A program made the position numbers and the translations under genes. This document shows positions 20,256 through 30,143 of a stretch of 64,000 nt of DNA, piece by piece. Under the pieces are notes generated by a model. The model did not search any database and was not told where the DNA came from. It worked only from the letters and a program-made list of their open reading frames with translations. Every line of letters starts with the position of its first letter. The first letter of the stretch is position 1. The stretch covers positions 124,001-188,000 of IMG/VR virus record IMGVR_UViG_3300031857_000010, one strand, 5' to 3'.

Positions 20256-22716
20256 ATTTATACCTTAAGTTAACTGAAAAATCTTGACCCAACCTATAGT
20301 AGTTTGAAACAACATAACCAGAATCAGAATTTTGAATAAATTCATATTTTGCATTTAATAAATTATTGATTCTCAATGAAATAGAGTACTTATTTTTTTC
20401 AATATTATAGATTAAATTTAAAAAGTTTTGTGGTATTTGATAAATATCACCGAGTCCAAAAACACCTACTGCGTTAAGTTTTTTACCTATGAAATTATAA
20501 GTTATTCCAATGTTGTTGTTTTCATTAATTGAATAAAATAAATCAGCATTAGATAGTATTGGCGAAGATCCTTGCAATGGTCTTTTTAAATTACTTACAA
20601 CAACTGTAGAATTACCTTCATTAGAAATAATTATTTGAGACCATAAGACGGATAAATTATAGTCTATTATAAACTTATTAATTCTCTTTTTTATTTCAAT
20701 TTCTCCACCAAAAACATTTGATCTTTCACTATTTTGAAAAGTTTCCAATCTACCACTTGCGGTAGCGATATTAACTCTTTCTATTGGATTATCTATTGTT
20801 TTACTAAATAAAGCTATTGAATAAATTTGGTTATTAGATGGATAAAACTCATAACCTAAATCAAAATTAATGACTTTAGAAACTGTAAGATTTGGATTGC
20901 CTTGAATTTTAGAACCTGCAAAAACTTCAGTATATATAAAAGGAACAGTTTCTCTAAATCTTGGTCTTATATTAGTGATTGAAGCGACAAACTTTAATTG
21001 TTTTTTGTCATTTATTCTATATTTTATTGATAAGAATGGAAGTAAATCTAAATTATCTATTTTATTATTTTTCAAAAATACTGGTGAAAGTTGATCTCTG
21101 TAATTTACTACTTGTTCTACATCTTCAACTCTTAATCCATAACTTAAATCAGTTTTATTACTGTTAAAATTAGATTTAATAAAAAAACCATTAATATTTG
21201 TGTATCCTTCTGTTTTTGAAGCTGGATTATTAACCCATAATTCTGTAGTTTGATCACTATTAAGATATTGATTTGGATTGGAAGGATCAATGTATCCATA
21301 AATTGAATTTATTTTTCCTAAATCATAATATTTTTGTTTATAATCAAATAAATTTCTAGAACTTAAATAACTGTATCCAAAATAGTGATCTAATTTTTTT
21401 CCTTTATGAGAAATTGTAAAATTAAAATTTATCGTGTTTTCTCTGTTTGTGTTCCAGAAAATGTGATTGTCGAGTTTATCTATGTTATTAAATGAATATT
21501 GACCATCATATAGGTAAACAAACTGTTCTCTTGCACTTTCTCCACTTTCCACTAAAGAAAATCCTCCTATACCATCTATTGTCCAATTTCCTAATCTATA
21601 ATTTGCATTTATTTGATCGGTAAATAAAGAATGTGAAAATGGTGTGTTTCTGGTTGTAAAAATATCTTTACTATAATCAAAATGAGTTCCAAATGTTTCT
21701 CTGTAAAGTGTGTTTTTTTGATTTATATATAATGAGGTATTTTTTATACTAAAATTTTTTGATTCATGGTGTAAAACAAAAATACCAGAGGGAGTAAATT
21801 GGTTTATCCTGTCTTTAAATTTATAGTCGAGAACATAATTTCCTTGTTTATTTATTAATCTTAGTATTCCATCTAAATTTTGATTATCATTTATTAAGTT
21901 TAAATTGAGATAGTAGCTTAATTTTTTGTTTTCTTTTCCTATCTGAAAATTAAAATTGTAATTAGGGGTGGGTGTCAATGAGTTTAAAGAACCCCTTAAA
22001 GAAACACTTTTTATTGTTTTTATTTCACTAGTTAAAATATCAATTTGAGCACCACAAACATTTCCCCATTGATCTGAAGAATATGTTTTCCTAATCTTCA
22101 TATTATCCATAATTCCAACAGGTAAAATATTTAAATCAATATTCTTTTTATCTGCATTGTTGGATGGAATTGGAATTCCATTAAGGGTTACTTGATTATA
22201 TCTATCGTCAAGACCCCTAATATTTAATTTAGAATTTGTAAATGATATGCCCGACACCTTTTTTAACCCATCTTCTGCATTTGAAATCCCTTTTCTGGTC
22301 ATTTCTGAAGATCCTATTGAAGACTCAATGCCATTAGCATTTTTTTTATCCATTAAAAGTATAGTTTCTGAAGAATTATTCTTTTTAGCTGATATCTCAA
22401 CTTCATTCATAGAAACAGATTTCGATTTTAATATAATATTAAATTGATTGTTGTTTGCATTTATTTTCTGTTCTTCAAACCCAAGACAATAAAAAACAAT
22501 CAAAGATTCATTTGATTTTATTTTCAAATAAAAATTACCATCGAAATCTGTTTGAGTTCCGTTTTGAGTATTTTCTTCAATTATAGAAACAAAAGGTAGT
22601 GGTTGATTTGATTCATCCACTACCTTTCCTTTTATTTCTTGACTAAATGCTTGAGTAAAACTTACAAATAAGTAAATTAATATGATTATTGCTCTCATTC
22701 TATTTCGTCCAACCAT
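20251..22716 (-). CDS. TonB-dependent outer membrane receptor (likely start 22698)
   Basis: Signal peptide, carboxypeptidase-regulatory-like N-domain (GKVVDES..PLPFVSI..GTQTDFDGNF), plug (IRGLDDRYN...NG), barrel, terminal RYKF. Confidence 0.92.
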   Translation of the reverse strand: MVGRNRMRAIIILIYLFVSFTQAFSQEIKGKVVDESNQPLPFVSIIEENTQNGTQTDFDGNFYLKIKSNESLIVFYCLGFEEQKINANNNQFNIILKSKSVSMNEVEISAKKNNSSETILLMDKKNANGIESSIGSSEMTRKGISNAEDGLKKVSGISFTNSKLNIRGLDDRYNQVTLNGIPIPSNNADKKNIDLNILPVGIMDNMKIRKTYSSDQWGNVCGAQIDILTSEIKTIKSVSLRGSLNSLTPTPNYNFNFQIGKENKKLSYYLNLNLINDNQNLDGILRLINKQGNYVLDYKFKDRINQFTPSGIFVLHHESKNFSIKNTSLYINQKNTLYRETFGTHFDYSKDIFTTRNTPFSHSLFTDQINANYRLGNWTIDGIGGFSLVESGESAREQFVYLYDGQYSFNNIDKLDNHIFWNTNRENTINFNFTISHKGKKLDHYFGYSYLSSRNLFDYKQKYYDLGKINSIYGYIDPSNPNQYLNSDQTTELWVNNPASKTEGYTNINGFFIKSNFNSNKTDLSYGLRVEDVEQVVNYRDQLSPVFLKNNKIDNLDLLPFLSIKYRINDKKQLKFVASITNIRPRFRETVPFIYTEVFAGSKIQGNPNLTVSKVINFDLGYEFYPSNNQIYSIALFSKTIDNPIERVNIATASGRLETFQNSERSNVFGGEIEIKKRINKFIIDYNLSVLWSQIIISNEGNSTVVVSNLKRPLQGSSPILSNADLFYSINENNNIGITYNFIGKKLNAVGVFGLGDIYQIPQNFLNLIYNIEKNKYSISLRINNLLNAKYEFIQNSDSGYVVSNYYRLGQDFSVNLRYKF

Positions 22717-23851
22717 TCATCCAAGCATTACCTGATCCAACATTTGAATCTTGAATGAACCAAGAATCGTTTAAAGTGGCTGTTAAACCAGCAAAAGAAT
22801 TACAATCTTTAAAATCAGTACCATTTCCTGATATGATAGAATTTGCAACAAATAATTCACCAGTTGTAATGTGATTAAGGGTTGTTTGCTCGCTAACTCT
22901 TACTCCATATTTAGCAAAACCAGTAACATTTGCATAAAATATTTTACCCTTTGTTCCTTCTCTTAGTCTAATTCCTTCATTTAATCCATCTCCATCATTA
23001 ACACCATTTAATGTTATATTTGATAATGTTGGTTCTGAATAAGGAGAAGCTGTATTATCATCTCCATTATTATCCGCTTCAATACCTCTATCACCACCAT
23101 CTATACCTTGTTGCACAAACCAATATTGACCTTTTCCTCTCCATCCATGAGTCCAATCAAAAGAATCATCTTGATTCTCCGTTGAAACTGCATATCTTAT
23201 ATTTAATGTTCCTCCAAACAATTCGATTCCATCATCAGAACCCCTATATGCCTGTATGTATTCAACAATTGTACTTGATCCAACCCCATTAAAAGAAAAT
23301 CCATTTAATTCATTATCTGTTCCAAGTATTTTACCAGCATATTCGACTCTTATATATTTTAAAATTCCGGAATTGTCTTGATCGTTACTTCCTCCATAAA
23401 CACCTGTACCCCCTTCGCCTTCTGCAGTTAGACCAGTGTTTATGTCAGCATATCCATTGACAATTATTCCTCCCCAATCACCATAGGTAGGATTGCTTTT
23501 TAATGGTGTGAAAATTATAGGATTAGTACTAGAACCTTCTGCGAAAATTTTTGCACCTTGTTTTATTGATAAAAAGGTTGTTACAGATGGATCAGCGTAT
23601 ATTGTTTGTCCACCATTTATATAAAGTGAATAACCCTCTTCAATAAATACACCACCAGAAAGAAGCCATTTTTTAGACGAATCCAAAGTAAAATTTTCAT
23701 TTATGACACCCTCTATTTTTTGAAATAAATCTCCATTTATATTTACTTCTGTAACTATAAATGATTTATTTTCTGGAATTTGATTATCGTCTTTTTTGCA
23801 AGACGTAACAAGTACAGCGAATGCTGTAATAATAAATAATAGTTTTTTCAT
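22700..23851 (-). CDS. Bacteroidota lipoprotein with beta-helix-like repeats, partner of the TBDR
   Basis: Lipobox VTSC; GDWGGIIVNG, DNSGILKYIRVEYAG, ELNGFSFNGVGS, DDGIELFGGT, DDSFDWT.GW, RGIEADN. Confidence 0.8.
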   Translation of the reverse strand: MKKLLFIITAFAVLVTSCKKDDNQIPENKSFIVTEVNINGDLFQKIEGVINENFTLDSSKKWLLSGGVFIEEGYSLYINGGQTIYADPSVTTFLSIKQGAKIFAEGSSTNPIIFTPLKSNPTYGDWGGIIVNGYADINTGLTAEGEGGTGVYGGSNDQDNSGILKYIRVEYAGKILGTDNELNGFSFNGVGSSTIVEYIQAYRGSDDGIELFGGTLNIRYAVSTENQDDSFDWTHGWRGKGQYWFVQQGIDGGDRGIEADNNGDDNTASPYSEPTLSNITLNGVNDGDGLNEGIRLREGTKGKIFYANVTGFAKYGVRVSEQTTLNHITTGELFVANSIISGNGTDFKDCNSFAGLTATLNDSWFIQDSNVGSGNAWMNGWTK

Positions 23852-23900
23852 CTTATTGTTTTTGCCAATAATTAGAAGTCAAAAAAGACAAAAACAAAAA

Positions 23901-23938
23901 TTAACTATTTGTTACTAAAAAGTTAACAAAAACATAAT
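23901..23938 (-). promoter_or_regulatory. 11-bp phased direct repeats (OmpR/PhoB-type box candidate)
   Basis: Plus strand TTAAC at 23901, TTACT at 23912, TTAAC at 23923, ATAAT at 23934, upstream of the lipoprotein-TBDR pair. Confidence 0.4.
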
Positions 23939-23969
23939 AACTTAAATTTAAAGCTATTTTAAATAAAAA

Positions 23970-24114
23970 TGGGATCGGGACGGGATTCGAACCCGCATAC
24001 CAACACTTGTTATGATACTGGAATTTTCATCTTCCGTTGGGGGGGAATCCCGATACAAGTATAAGGGACCCCATTGCCGACGATGAGAGCCTACCAATTC
24101 AGCCACACCGATCC
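23970..24114 (-). ncRNA. tRNA-like RNA with greatly enlarged anticodon arm and long variable arm
   Basis: GGATCGG/CCGATCC ends, D-like GCTGAATTGGTAGGC, T-arm GCGGG-TTCGAAT-CCCGT; about 145 nt, no 7-nt anticodon loop. Confidence 0.7.
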
Positions 24115-24679
24115 TTAATAATAAATATATAATATTTTAACGAAATATCAACCAACAAAATCAGTACGATAAACAATAAATCTTTCTATGTATTTATTGC
24201 CATCATCAGTTGTTATCTCATAATTATATGAGCCCAAAAGTTCTTCTGATTGTTCTAGTGTATTTGGTTGAAAACCTATGAATTCGACTAATTCATCTTC
24301 TTCGTACAAACCAGTCAAATCGTCTAACATACTTTTTAGTGTTTCTAGATCAGTTGAAGATGCCACTGGTTTATGTTCCAATTCACTAACTGCTATATTT
24401 ATTGAGCTGTAAATCATTTTTTTAATTTGACAATTCTTTTATATGATTTAGATAATTTTCTTTTATGAATTTTCCAAGATAACAAATTGCCACGTATGCA
24501 ACTGGTCCAATAATAAGCCAGATCCCAAATACTTTCCATAGCCAAATCCCAAGACCAATTGCAGCAATGATCATTGAACCAACAAATATGTTGTTGAGAT
24601 TCGTGATTGTTGATTTGAATTCTTCTTTGTTGAGGTTGTATTTCATGTTTTGTTTTTTTTCTGGATTTATCATTTTTTT

Positions 24680-25492
24680 TTATTTTATGGACTTCATGAG
24701 AGTTACCGGAACCTGATTACCATAAAGAGCAGTTTTTCCATCCCACTTATCAATGAACTGTTTTGTTAGAATTTGCTCAGTGAGTCCTTCAGAAATAATT
24801 TTATTGTATTCAGTTTGTAGACGTGCCAATTCATTCTTTTTCTTTTGCTCGATTATTTGTTGATCAAGAACAGAAACGTTTGTGTTGACTTCATTTCTTG
24901 TATCAATTTTCTGTTTTACTTTGTCTGAGAAATCTAGGTTTGCACTAAATGTAAGAAGCTCAAGTCCTTTTTCTTCGAATGCTTTCCTTACGAGTTGCTC
25001 TATTGTCTTCTCAAATTTAAGTGAACCACCAGATGCCATGAGAGTATCAGTAATATATTTTCTTGATTCTTCTTTGATCAAATCATAAATGTGAGGTTCA
25101 AGAACATTGTCTTCCAATGCAGTCATGAAATTATCAGCATTTCCCAAACGAGCATTTTGAAATACAAGATCTACAACACGGTTTTCGATTGCTTTATAAG
25201 AATAAAGTGGCTTTGCTGTGAACTCAGTGTTATCTGCAGCCTTGAGGTGTAAAACTTGTTCACCAAAATTTGCTCTTTGTTCATACAACGGAACTTGAAA
25301 CAATTCTGTTCCCGGACCCATTGTGTTTACTCTACCTTGAACACGAGAATAATCGGATTTACCGTCTTTTCCATAATTTTCCATCAATACTCCAGCAAAA
25401 TTAGGTGCAACCCTTTCACATGAAGTCATTGTGGTCATTGTTGTAATAATTGCAAGTGCTGCAATCAAATACGATAATTTGTTTTTTTTCAT
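24680..25492 (-). CDS. SPFH/band-7 (prohibitin-like) lipoprotein
   Basis: Lipobox MTSC; ERVAPNFAGVLMENYGK, ELFQVPLYEQR, coiled-coil C-terminus, FIDKWDG. Confidence 0.8.
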   Translation of the reverse strand: MKKNKLSYLIAALAIITTMTTMTSCERVAPNFAGVLMENYGKDGKSDYSRVQGRVNTMGPGTELFQVPLYEQRANFGEQVLHLKAADNTEFTAKPLYSYKAIENRVVDLVFQNARLGNADNFMTALEDNVLEPHIYDLIKEESRKYITDTLMASGGSLKFEKTIEQLVRKAFEEKGLELLTFSANLDFSDKVKQKIDTRNEVNTNVSVLDQQIIEQKKKNELARLQTEYNKIISEGLTEQILTKQFIDKWDGKTALYGNQVPVTLMKSIK

Positions 25493-25677
25493 TTTTTTTG
25501 ATTTTTATTTTTTATAGATTTTTTCAATTATAACTAGACTAAAATAACCAATCATGAAAGTTGCAAATATTGCAATCCAAGGATTTATGTGGTTAAATGT
25601 CCAAATACATCCGTATATCAAAACGGAATATATTAGAATGTAAATTAAAATTTTAGATGGTTTCATTTTATAATTTA

Positions 25678-26253
25678 TTAAGGTATGTACAGAATTGTAG
25701 GATTGTTTTTATGTATATCAATTTCAGGAAATTTAAATTCCCTGAGGTCGAATGGTAAAGATATTAAATGATAACCATTTTTCGTAGGAATTTGACAAAT
25801 TATTTTCATTCCTTCTGGTGGACAGTTATTAATATTACGTTCAACATCTTCAATGAATTCTTCATCGATTGTATCAATATCAATAACCCAAGATTTATTT
25901 TTTCCTGCACCAAACTCTCCACAAACAGAATCATAAGCTGACATTACGGATTTGAAATCTCTGTTCATTATTATATCAGATATTTTCTTCATTGTATGAA
26001 ATGCAGTTTTCTCAAAAGATCTTACATTTAAATTTATACAAGCCCTTGCATTGTGAAAATTACAAATAGCAATTATCTCCGGCATCAAGAACTCTAATTG
26101 ATCTTGTGAACGAATGTAATACGTTTTAATAACTATTGAATTGCTACCTACTTCTGGATTATCTTTTTTTCTTTTTATAATTTGAAGAAAATAAAAATCA
26201 TCTGTAGAATCAAATTTTAAAATTGGATTAATTGCGTAAATGTTATTTATCAT
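25678..26253 (-). CDS. phage hypothetical protein with DxD and TKNGYH motifs
   Basis: FYFLQIIKRKKDNP, WVIDID, IPTKNGYHLI. Confidence 0.55.
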   Translation of the reverse strand: MINNIYAINPILKFDSTDDFYFLQIIKRKKDNPEVGSNSIVIKTYYIRSQDQLEFLMPEIIAICNFHNARACINLNVRSFEKTAFHTMKKISDIIMNRDFKSVMSAYDSVCGEFGAGKNKSWVIDIDTIDEEFIEDVERNINNCPPEGMKIICQIPTKNGYHLISLPFDLREFKFPEIDIHKNNPTILYIP

Positions 26254-26596
26254 TTTGTTTTTTTTCTAAATCGTCAAGTTCTTCTTTTAATCTTCTCAAG
26301 AAACTTTCTTCTCCGTCATCCCCCGACACAAGCCAATCAATGCGTTGGGCATATATCTCTGCTTTGCGAAGAATTACAATTGCTTCTTTGAATTTTTCTA
26401 TTACTTCATCAGGATACTTGTGATGATGTAACTCTTCCGGAAACCTTTCATACCAATCATTGCCGTACCAACGCATGTTTTCCTTCATTAGCTCCTCAGA
26501 TATTTTCTGCCCGTTTTTTTCAACGAGCTTTTCTATCTGGTCTGCTATTTGACCGATTTTGTATTGATTGTAATCAAAAAATCCTCCACTACACAT
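26243..26596 (-). CDS. hypothetical protein
   Basis: 117 aa, SGGFFDY...RIDWLVSGDDGEESF. Confidence 0.6.
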   Translation of the reverse strand: MCSGGFFDYNQYKIGQIADQIEKLVEKNGQKISEELMKENMRWYGNDWYERFPEELHHHKYPDEVIEKFKEAIVILRKAEIYAQRIDWLVSGDDGEESFLRRLKEELDDLEKKQNDK

Positions 26597-26605
26597 AATT
26601 TTTTT

Positions 26606-27343
26606 TTATTTTTTAGTTTTTATATAATTATCATCATTAATGATTCTACAAATATGAGATTGATGGACATTGAAAATTTTTGCAATTTCTGATTTTGATA
26701 AACCTGAATTATGTAATTCTTTTATTTTATCATAATCTGAAATCTCTAATTTTACATATAATTTTTGGCTTTTACTGAGATTAATATCCTTTCCTATTGA
26801 ACTATAAGTTTTACCTATATTAATGTTGTTGATTATTTTTCTTGATACACCATATAAATCACCAATTTGTTTTTGAGTTAATTCGTTTTCAATTAATAAA
26901 TTTTTTATTTCTACAACTTCTTTTATGGTCAATTTTTTTAATTTTGATTCATAAAAATTGTGTTTTTTTCCTATATTTTTAATTTTATTGCTTTCTCCAA
27001 TTTTTCTTTTTGTTTCCTCTGACATATAAATATAGTGTTCACCTGATTTTGGCAATCTACAATTTAATCCCTTTTTTTTGTCTAAAACTTCAAATAAAAT
27101 GCCATAATATAGTTCTCTTTCAAGTAAAATTTTTACATCACACTCTTCAATGATTTCAAATTTATGTTCTTCAAATCCATATTTTTTTAATGAGTTGAAT
27201 AATTTGGATTGGTTTTCGCATTTTAAATTTTTATATTTACAAAAACGATTTTCGATGTCATTTGAAGAACCAATGTAGATTTTACCATTAGGTGAAGTTA
27301 TTTTGTATATGCCAATCATACATATAAATATGTAGATTTTCAT
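26606..27343 (-). CDS. GIY-YIG homing endonuclease with NUMOD/HTH C-terminus
   Basis: MIGIYKITSPNGKIYIGSS...R...LERE; MSEETKRKIG (NUMOD3-like); two HTH repeats. Confidence 0.9.
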   Translation of the reverse strand: MKIYIFICMIGIYKITSPNGKIYIGSSNDIENRFCKYKNLKCENQSKLFNSLKKYGFEEHKFEIIEECDVKILLERELYYGILFEVLDKKKGLNCRLPKSGEHYIYMSEETKRKIGESNKIKNIGKKHNFYESKLKKLTIKEVVEIKNLLIENELTQKQIGDLYGVSRKIINNINIGKTYSSIGKDINLSKSQKLYVKLEISDYDKIKELHNSGLSKSEIAKIFNVHQSHICRIINDDNYIKTKK

Positions 27344-27358
27344 TAAAATGTCCTCCGC

Positions 27359-27982
27359 TCATATTTTATTTTTATTTTTTACAAATTCGATCAATTTTTT
27401 AATACAAGCAAGTTCTGCTTCTTCGTAGGTATTATATCCTTGTTTAAAATGTCTTTCTTCATACACTCCATATTCATGTAATATATCCCATCTGTATGAA
27501 TAGCCACCATCAGCTACTCCATGTCTGCATACACTACCATCGCATAATTTCTTTTCTCTAAACCAACGGAATGCTTGTTGGTTTAGAATGGCAGGTATTG
27601 TTTTGCCTTCTTTGATTGAATCATTATCATAAACTCTGGTTTGATCATATTCAGAATAAACTGCATAACATGGTTCGTTAAAACCCAATTCCTCACAAAG
27701 GATAAAAGATTCTTGATATGGTAAAAAATCGCTCATATTTTATTTGTTATTAAACTCTTCAAAAAATGGATTTTCTAATTCTTTAAAACCTTCTTCTCTG
27801 TTATCGTACATATAAGCCAAGGTTACAATGCACTGACGCATAACTTCCATATTACCTTCAATATCGTAAGTTTCAACCGTTGTAGTGGTTTTATCTTCTG
27901 ACAATCCTTTATTAAGTTTTCTGGTGAGTGCATTATAATTACTTAATAGTTGCAATCTCAAGCCATCCATCGATACTTTCAT
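27359..27982 (-). other. two small hypothetical ORFs
   Basis: 27359..27736 and 27740..27982. Confidence 0.55.
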
Positions 27983-28001
27983 ATTTGGTTTTTTGTATTT
28001 A

Positions 28002-28028
28002 AACGTAAAATTCCACTTTTAAGTTACA
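28002..28028 (-). promoter_or_regulatory. ECF-sigma-type promoter motif TGTAAC-N17-CGTT (copy 3)
   Basis: aacg 28002-28005, gttaca 28023-28028; upstream of the 27982 start. Confidence 0.6.
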
Positions 28029-28073
28029 TATTTATTTAAAAGAACAATTTCTAATATAAAGAAAATCAAAAAA

Positions 28074-28628
28074 TTGACACAAGGGCTTGAAAATAATGAA
28101 AAAAGTCATAAAAATTTAGAAATCAATGACTTAAATGAGCAAATCTGGGTTAAAAGACTAGATATGGTTTTTGATTTGTCTAATTTTAAAGGACTAAAAT
28201 TAAATGAAAAAGAAATTTCTGAATATGTCAATTTTAATAAAAAATATCTGGATAAAATAGAAAAATTGTTAGATAACGTAAAAAAACTAGGTTACTTATT
28301 TGTTTGCGAACCTCAACAAATTGTTTTTGAAAGTGAAAGTTTTTATGAAGAAAAAACTTTTAAATCTGATATTATTTTGACCAAATTAAATAAAATAGAT
28401 TTTCTTGATGTAAACATCTTAAATTATGGATACGGTGATCCAAATAAAATTCATGACATTTACGAATTAGAGTTAACCTCTAATAAAGGAAAAGTTTATA
28501 ACTATGAATTTACTGGCACTGACATGGTGAGATTCTATCATCAAGGTTCAATTATTGATAAGAATGGAGACATAATTGCAATCAATGTTCAAAAAGTCAT
28601 GGATGCGTTGAATAAATATTATTCATGA
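28074..28628 (+). CDS. hypothetical protein
   Basis: 184 aa, plus strand, preceded by TATTTAT. Confidence 0.55.
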   Translation: MTQGLENNEKSHKNLEINDLNEQIWVKRLDMVFDLSNFKGLKLNEKEISEYVNFNKKYLDKIEKLLDNVKKLGYLFVCEPQQIVFESESFYEEKTFKSDIILTKLNKIDFLDVNILNYGYGDPNKIHDIYELELTSNKGKVYNYEFTGTDMVRFYHQGSIIDKNGDIIAINVQKVMDALNKYYS

Positions 28629-28658
28629 AAATTTTCATATTTATATACAAAAACTAAA

Positions 28659-28970
28659 ATGGCAAAAAATAAACTAAACATCAACGAATTAAGAAATCTT
28701 GTAAATAAAATCATAAATGAAAATGATATGTTTGTTCGTCCAAAGCGTTTAGATATTTATTCTTTACTTGAGGATCATCTTAAGAATAAAGGTGGAGAAT
28801 TTGCAATTGTATATCAAATCCTTACTACAAGTGACGGTTGGAAAGAGTATAGGAATTTGACTGAAGAACAATATCAAGAAATATTAAACGAGTTAAGGGA
28901 AGATCATCGAAAAAATCATGATGTTGATATTGTAAGAAAAGAGGGATCCGAGATTGTTTTAGGTTTTTAA
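28659..28970 (+). CDS. hypothetical protein with INE leader
   Basis: MAKNKLNINELRNLVNKIINE; TATTTAT at 28638-28644. Confidence 0.6.
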   Translation: MAKNKLNINELRNLVNKIINENDMFVRPKRLDIYSLLEDHLKNKGGEFAIVYQILTTSDGWKEYRNLTEEQYQEILNELREDHRKNHDVDIVRKEGSEIVLGF

Positions 28971-29042
28971 TTACCCTATAACTTTTTTTATATCATTTTA
29001 GTCAGGTTGAAGCTGACTACTTAACTATAAAACATAGTTTTT

Positions 29043-29120
29043 GTACTCCCAAAGGGAATCGAACCCTTATGTGACCAATTACCCTTTCTACTGTGTATAA
29101 GACAGAGGGGATATGGGAGC
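29043..29120 (-). ncRNA. non-canonical tRNA-like RNA, UAU (Ile) loop, D-loop motif 3' of the anticodon arm
   Basis: GCTCCCA/TGGGAGT acceptor, CTGT-CTTATAC-ACAG, GAAAGGGTAATTGGTCACAT, T-arm AAGGG-TTCGATT-CCCTT. Confidence 0.7.
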
Positions 29121-29774
29121 AATTATGTTTTCAATTAATTTATCATCAAAATTTTTACCTCTTATAAAAATCAAATTTATTTTATTTTGAGATGTGACTA
29201 AGTTCAATTTTATTTTATCTTCATCGCTAAAATATCCTTTAATTTCTAAATATCTGTTAAAATCCGGTAAATAAAAATCAGGAGTATAAGTCTTTTTAAC
29301 CCCGTTATTATCAACATAAGAAATATATATTTTTCTTTTCCAAATTATTTTATTCTCATTTAAAATATTTGCTACTTTCAATTCCCACGTACCCCTAACA
29401 ATAAATTTTTCATTATTTATATTGCTAACTTTATACCATTTTATATTTTTAAATCCACCTACACCTAATTCTTCCAAGTTTTTAGACCTAGCCAAAGAAA
29501 GTTTTTCTTTTTGTTCATTGGAAATTTTTTTACCCTTATGCTTTAATCCTATTTTTTTCTTAATTTCATCAGTTAAAATATAATCGACTCCTTTTTTTCT
29601 TGTTTTATCCCATTGGTTTACTGGTTTTTTTATTATTCCATCTTTTACTTTTTGATTATAAATTTCAAAATTACTTTTACGAATTACTCTATTTGGGTTT
29701 AATTTACATGTTTTTTGGTGTGAAATTAAAGAACCTTTATTCGTTATTTCTCTATCACAAAAAATACAATTCAT
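29088..29774 (-). CDS. PD-(D/E)XK-type putative homing endonuclease inside the tRNA array
   Basis: N-terminal CxxC..H..C, NUMOD3-like linker, RGTWE..., YTPDFYLP...YLEIKGY; its last codons overlap the tRNA-like gene. Confidence 0.75.
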   Translation of the reverse strand: MNCIFCDREITNKGSLISHQKTCKLNPNRVIRKSNFEIYNQKVKDGIIKKPVNQWDKTRKKGVDYILTDEIKKKIGLKHKGKKISNEQKEKLSLARSKNLEELGVGGFKNIKWYKVSNINNEKFIVRGTWELKVANILNENKIIWKRKIYISYVDNNGVKKTYTPDFYLPDFNRYLEIKGYFSDEDKIKLNLVTSQNKINLIFIRGKNFDDKLIENIIAPISPLSYTQ

Positions 29775-29810
29775 CTTTTTTAATTATAAATATTTTATAT
29801 AATTAAATTT

Positions 29811-29892
29811 TGAGCCGATGGAGGGACTCGAACCCCCGGTGTTTGTGTTCCAGTTTACAAAACTGGTGCTGTCGCCACTGAGCCACATCGGC
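29811..29892 (-). tRNA. tRNA-Thr(UGU)
   Basis: GCCGATG/CATCGGC; CCAGT-TTTGTAA-ACTGG. Confidence 0.9.
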
Positions 29893-29900
29893 AATAATAA

Positions 29901-29974
29901 GTTCATCCAGAGGAAGTCGAATTCCCATCTTCTGGTTCGTAGCCAGATATTCTCTCCGTTAAACTACAGGTGAA
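29901..29974 (-). tRNA. tRNA-Arg(ACG)
   Basis: TCTGG-CTACGAA-CCAGA; imperfect acceptor stem. Confidence 0.8.
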
Positions 29975-29979
29975 TTTTT

Positions 29980-30054
29980 GTACCCCCAGTGGAAGTCGAA
30001 TCCACAAACACCAGATCCTAAGTCTAGCCGCTTTGCCAGTTTGCGTACAGGGGC
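29980..30054 (-). tRNA. tRNA-Leu(UAG), short variable region
   Basis: GCCCCTG/TGGGGGT; CTAGA-CTTAGGA-TCTGG. Confidence 0.85.
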
Positions 30055-30060
30055 ATTTTA

Positions 30061-30134
30061 TGGAGGTAGGAGATGGGATCAAACCATCGTAGAAGGTTTT
30101 GCAGACCTCCACCTAGTCACTCGGTCATCCTACC
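30061..30134 (-). tRNA. tRNA-Cys(GCA)
   Basis: GGTAGGA/TCCTACC TCCA; GAGGT-CTGCAAA-ACCTT. Confidence 0.9.
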
Positions 30135-30143
30135 TTACATTAT

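Noticed and set aside
29000-29020. Hairpin AGTCAG-GTTGAAG-CTGACT resembling the acceptor stem of elements A/B
   Set aside because: Only 6-7 bp of similarity; more simply an end-of-operon stabilising hairpin
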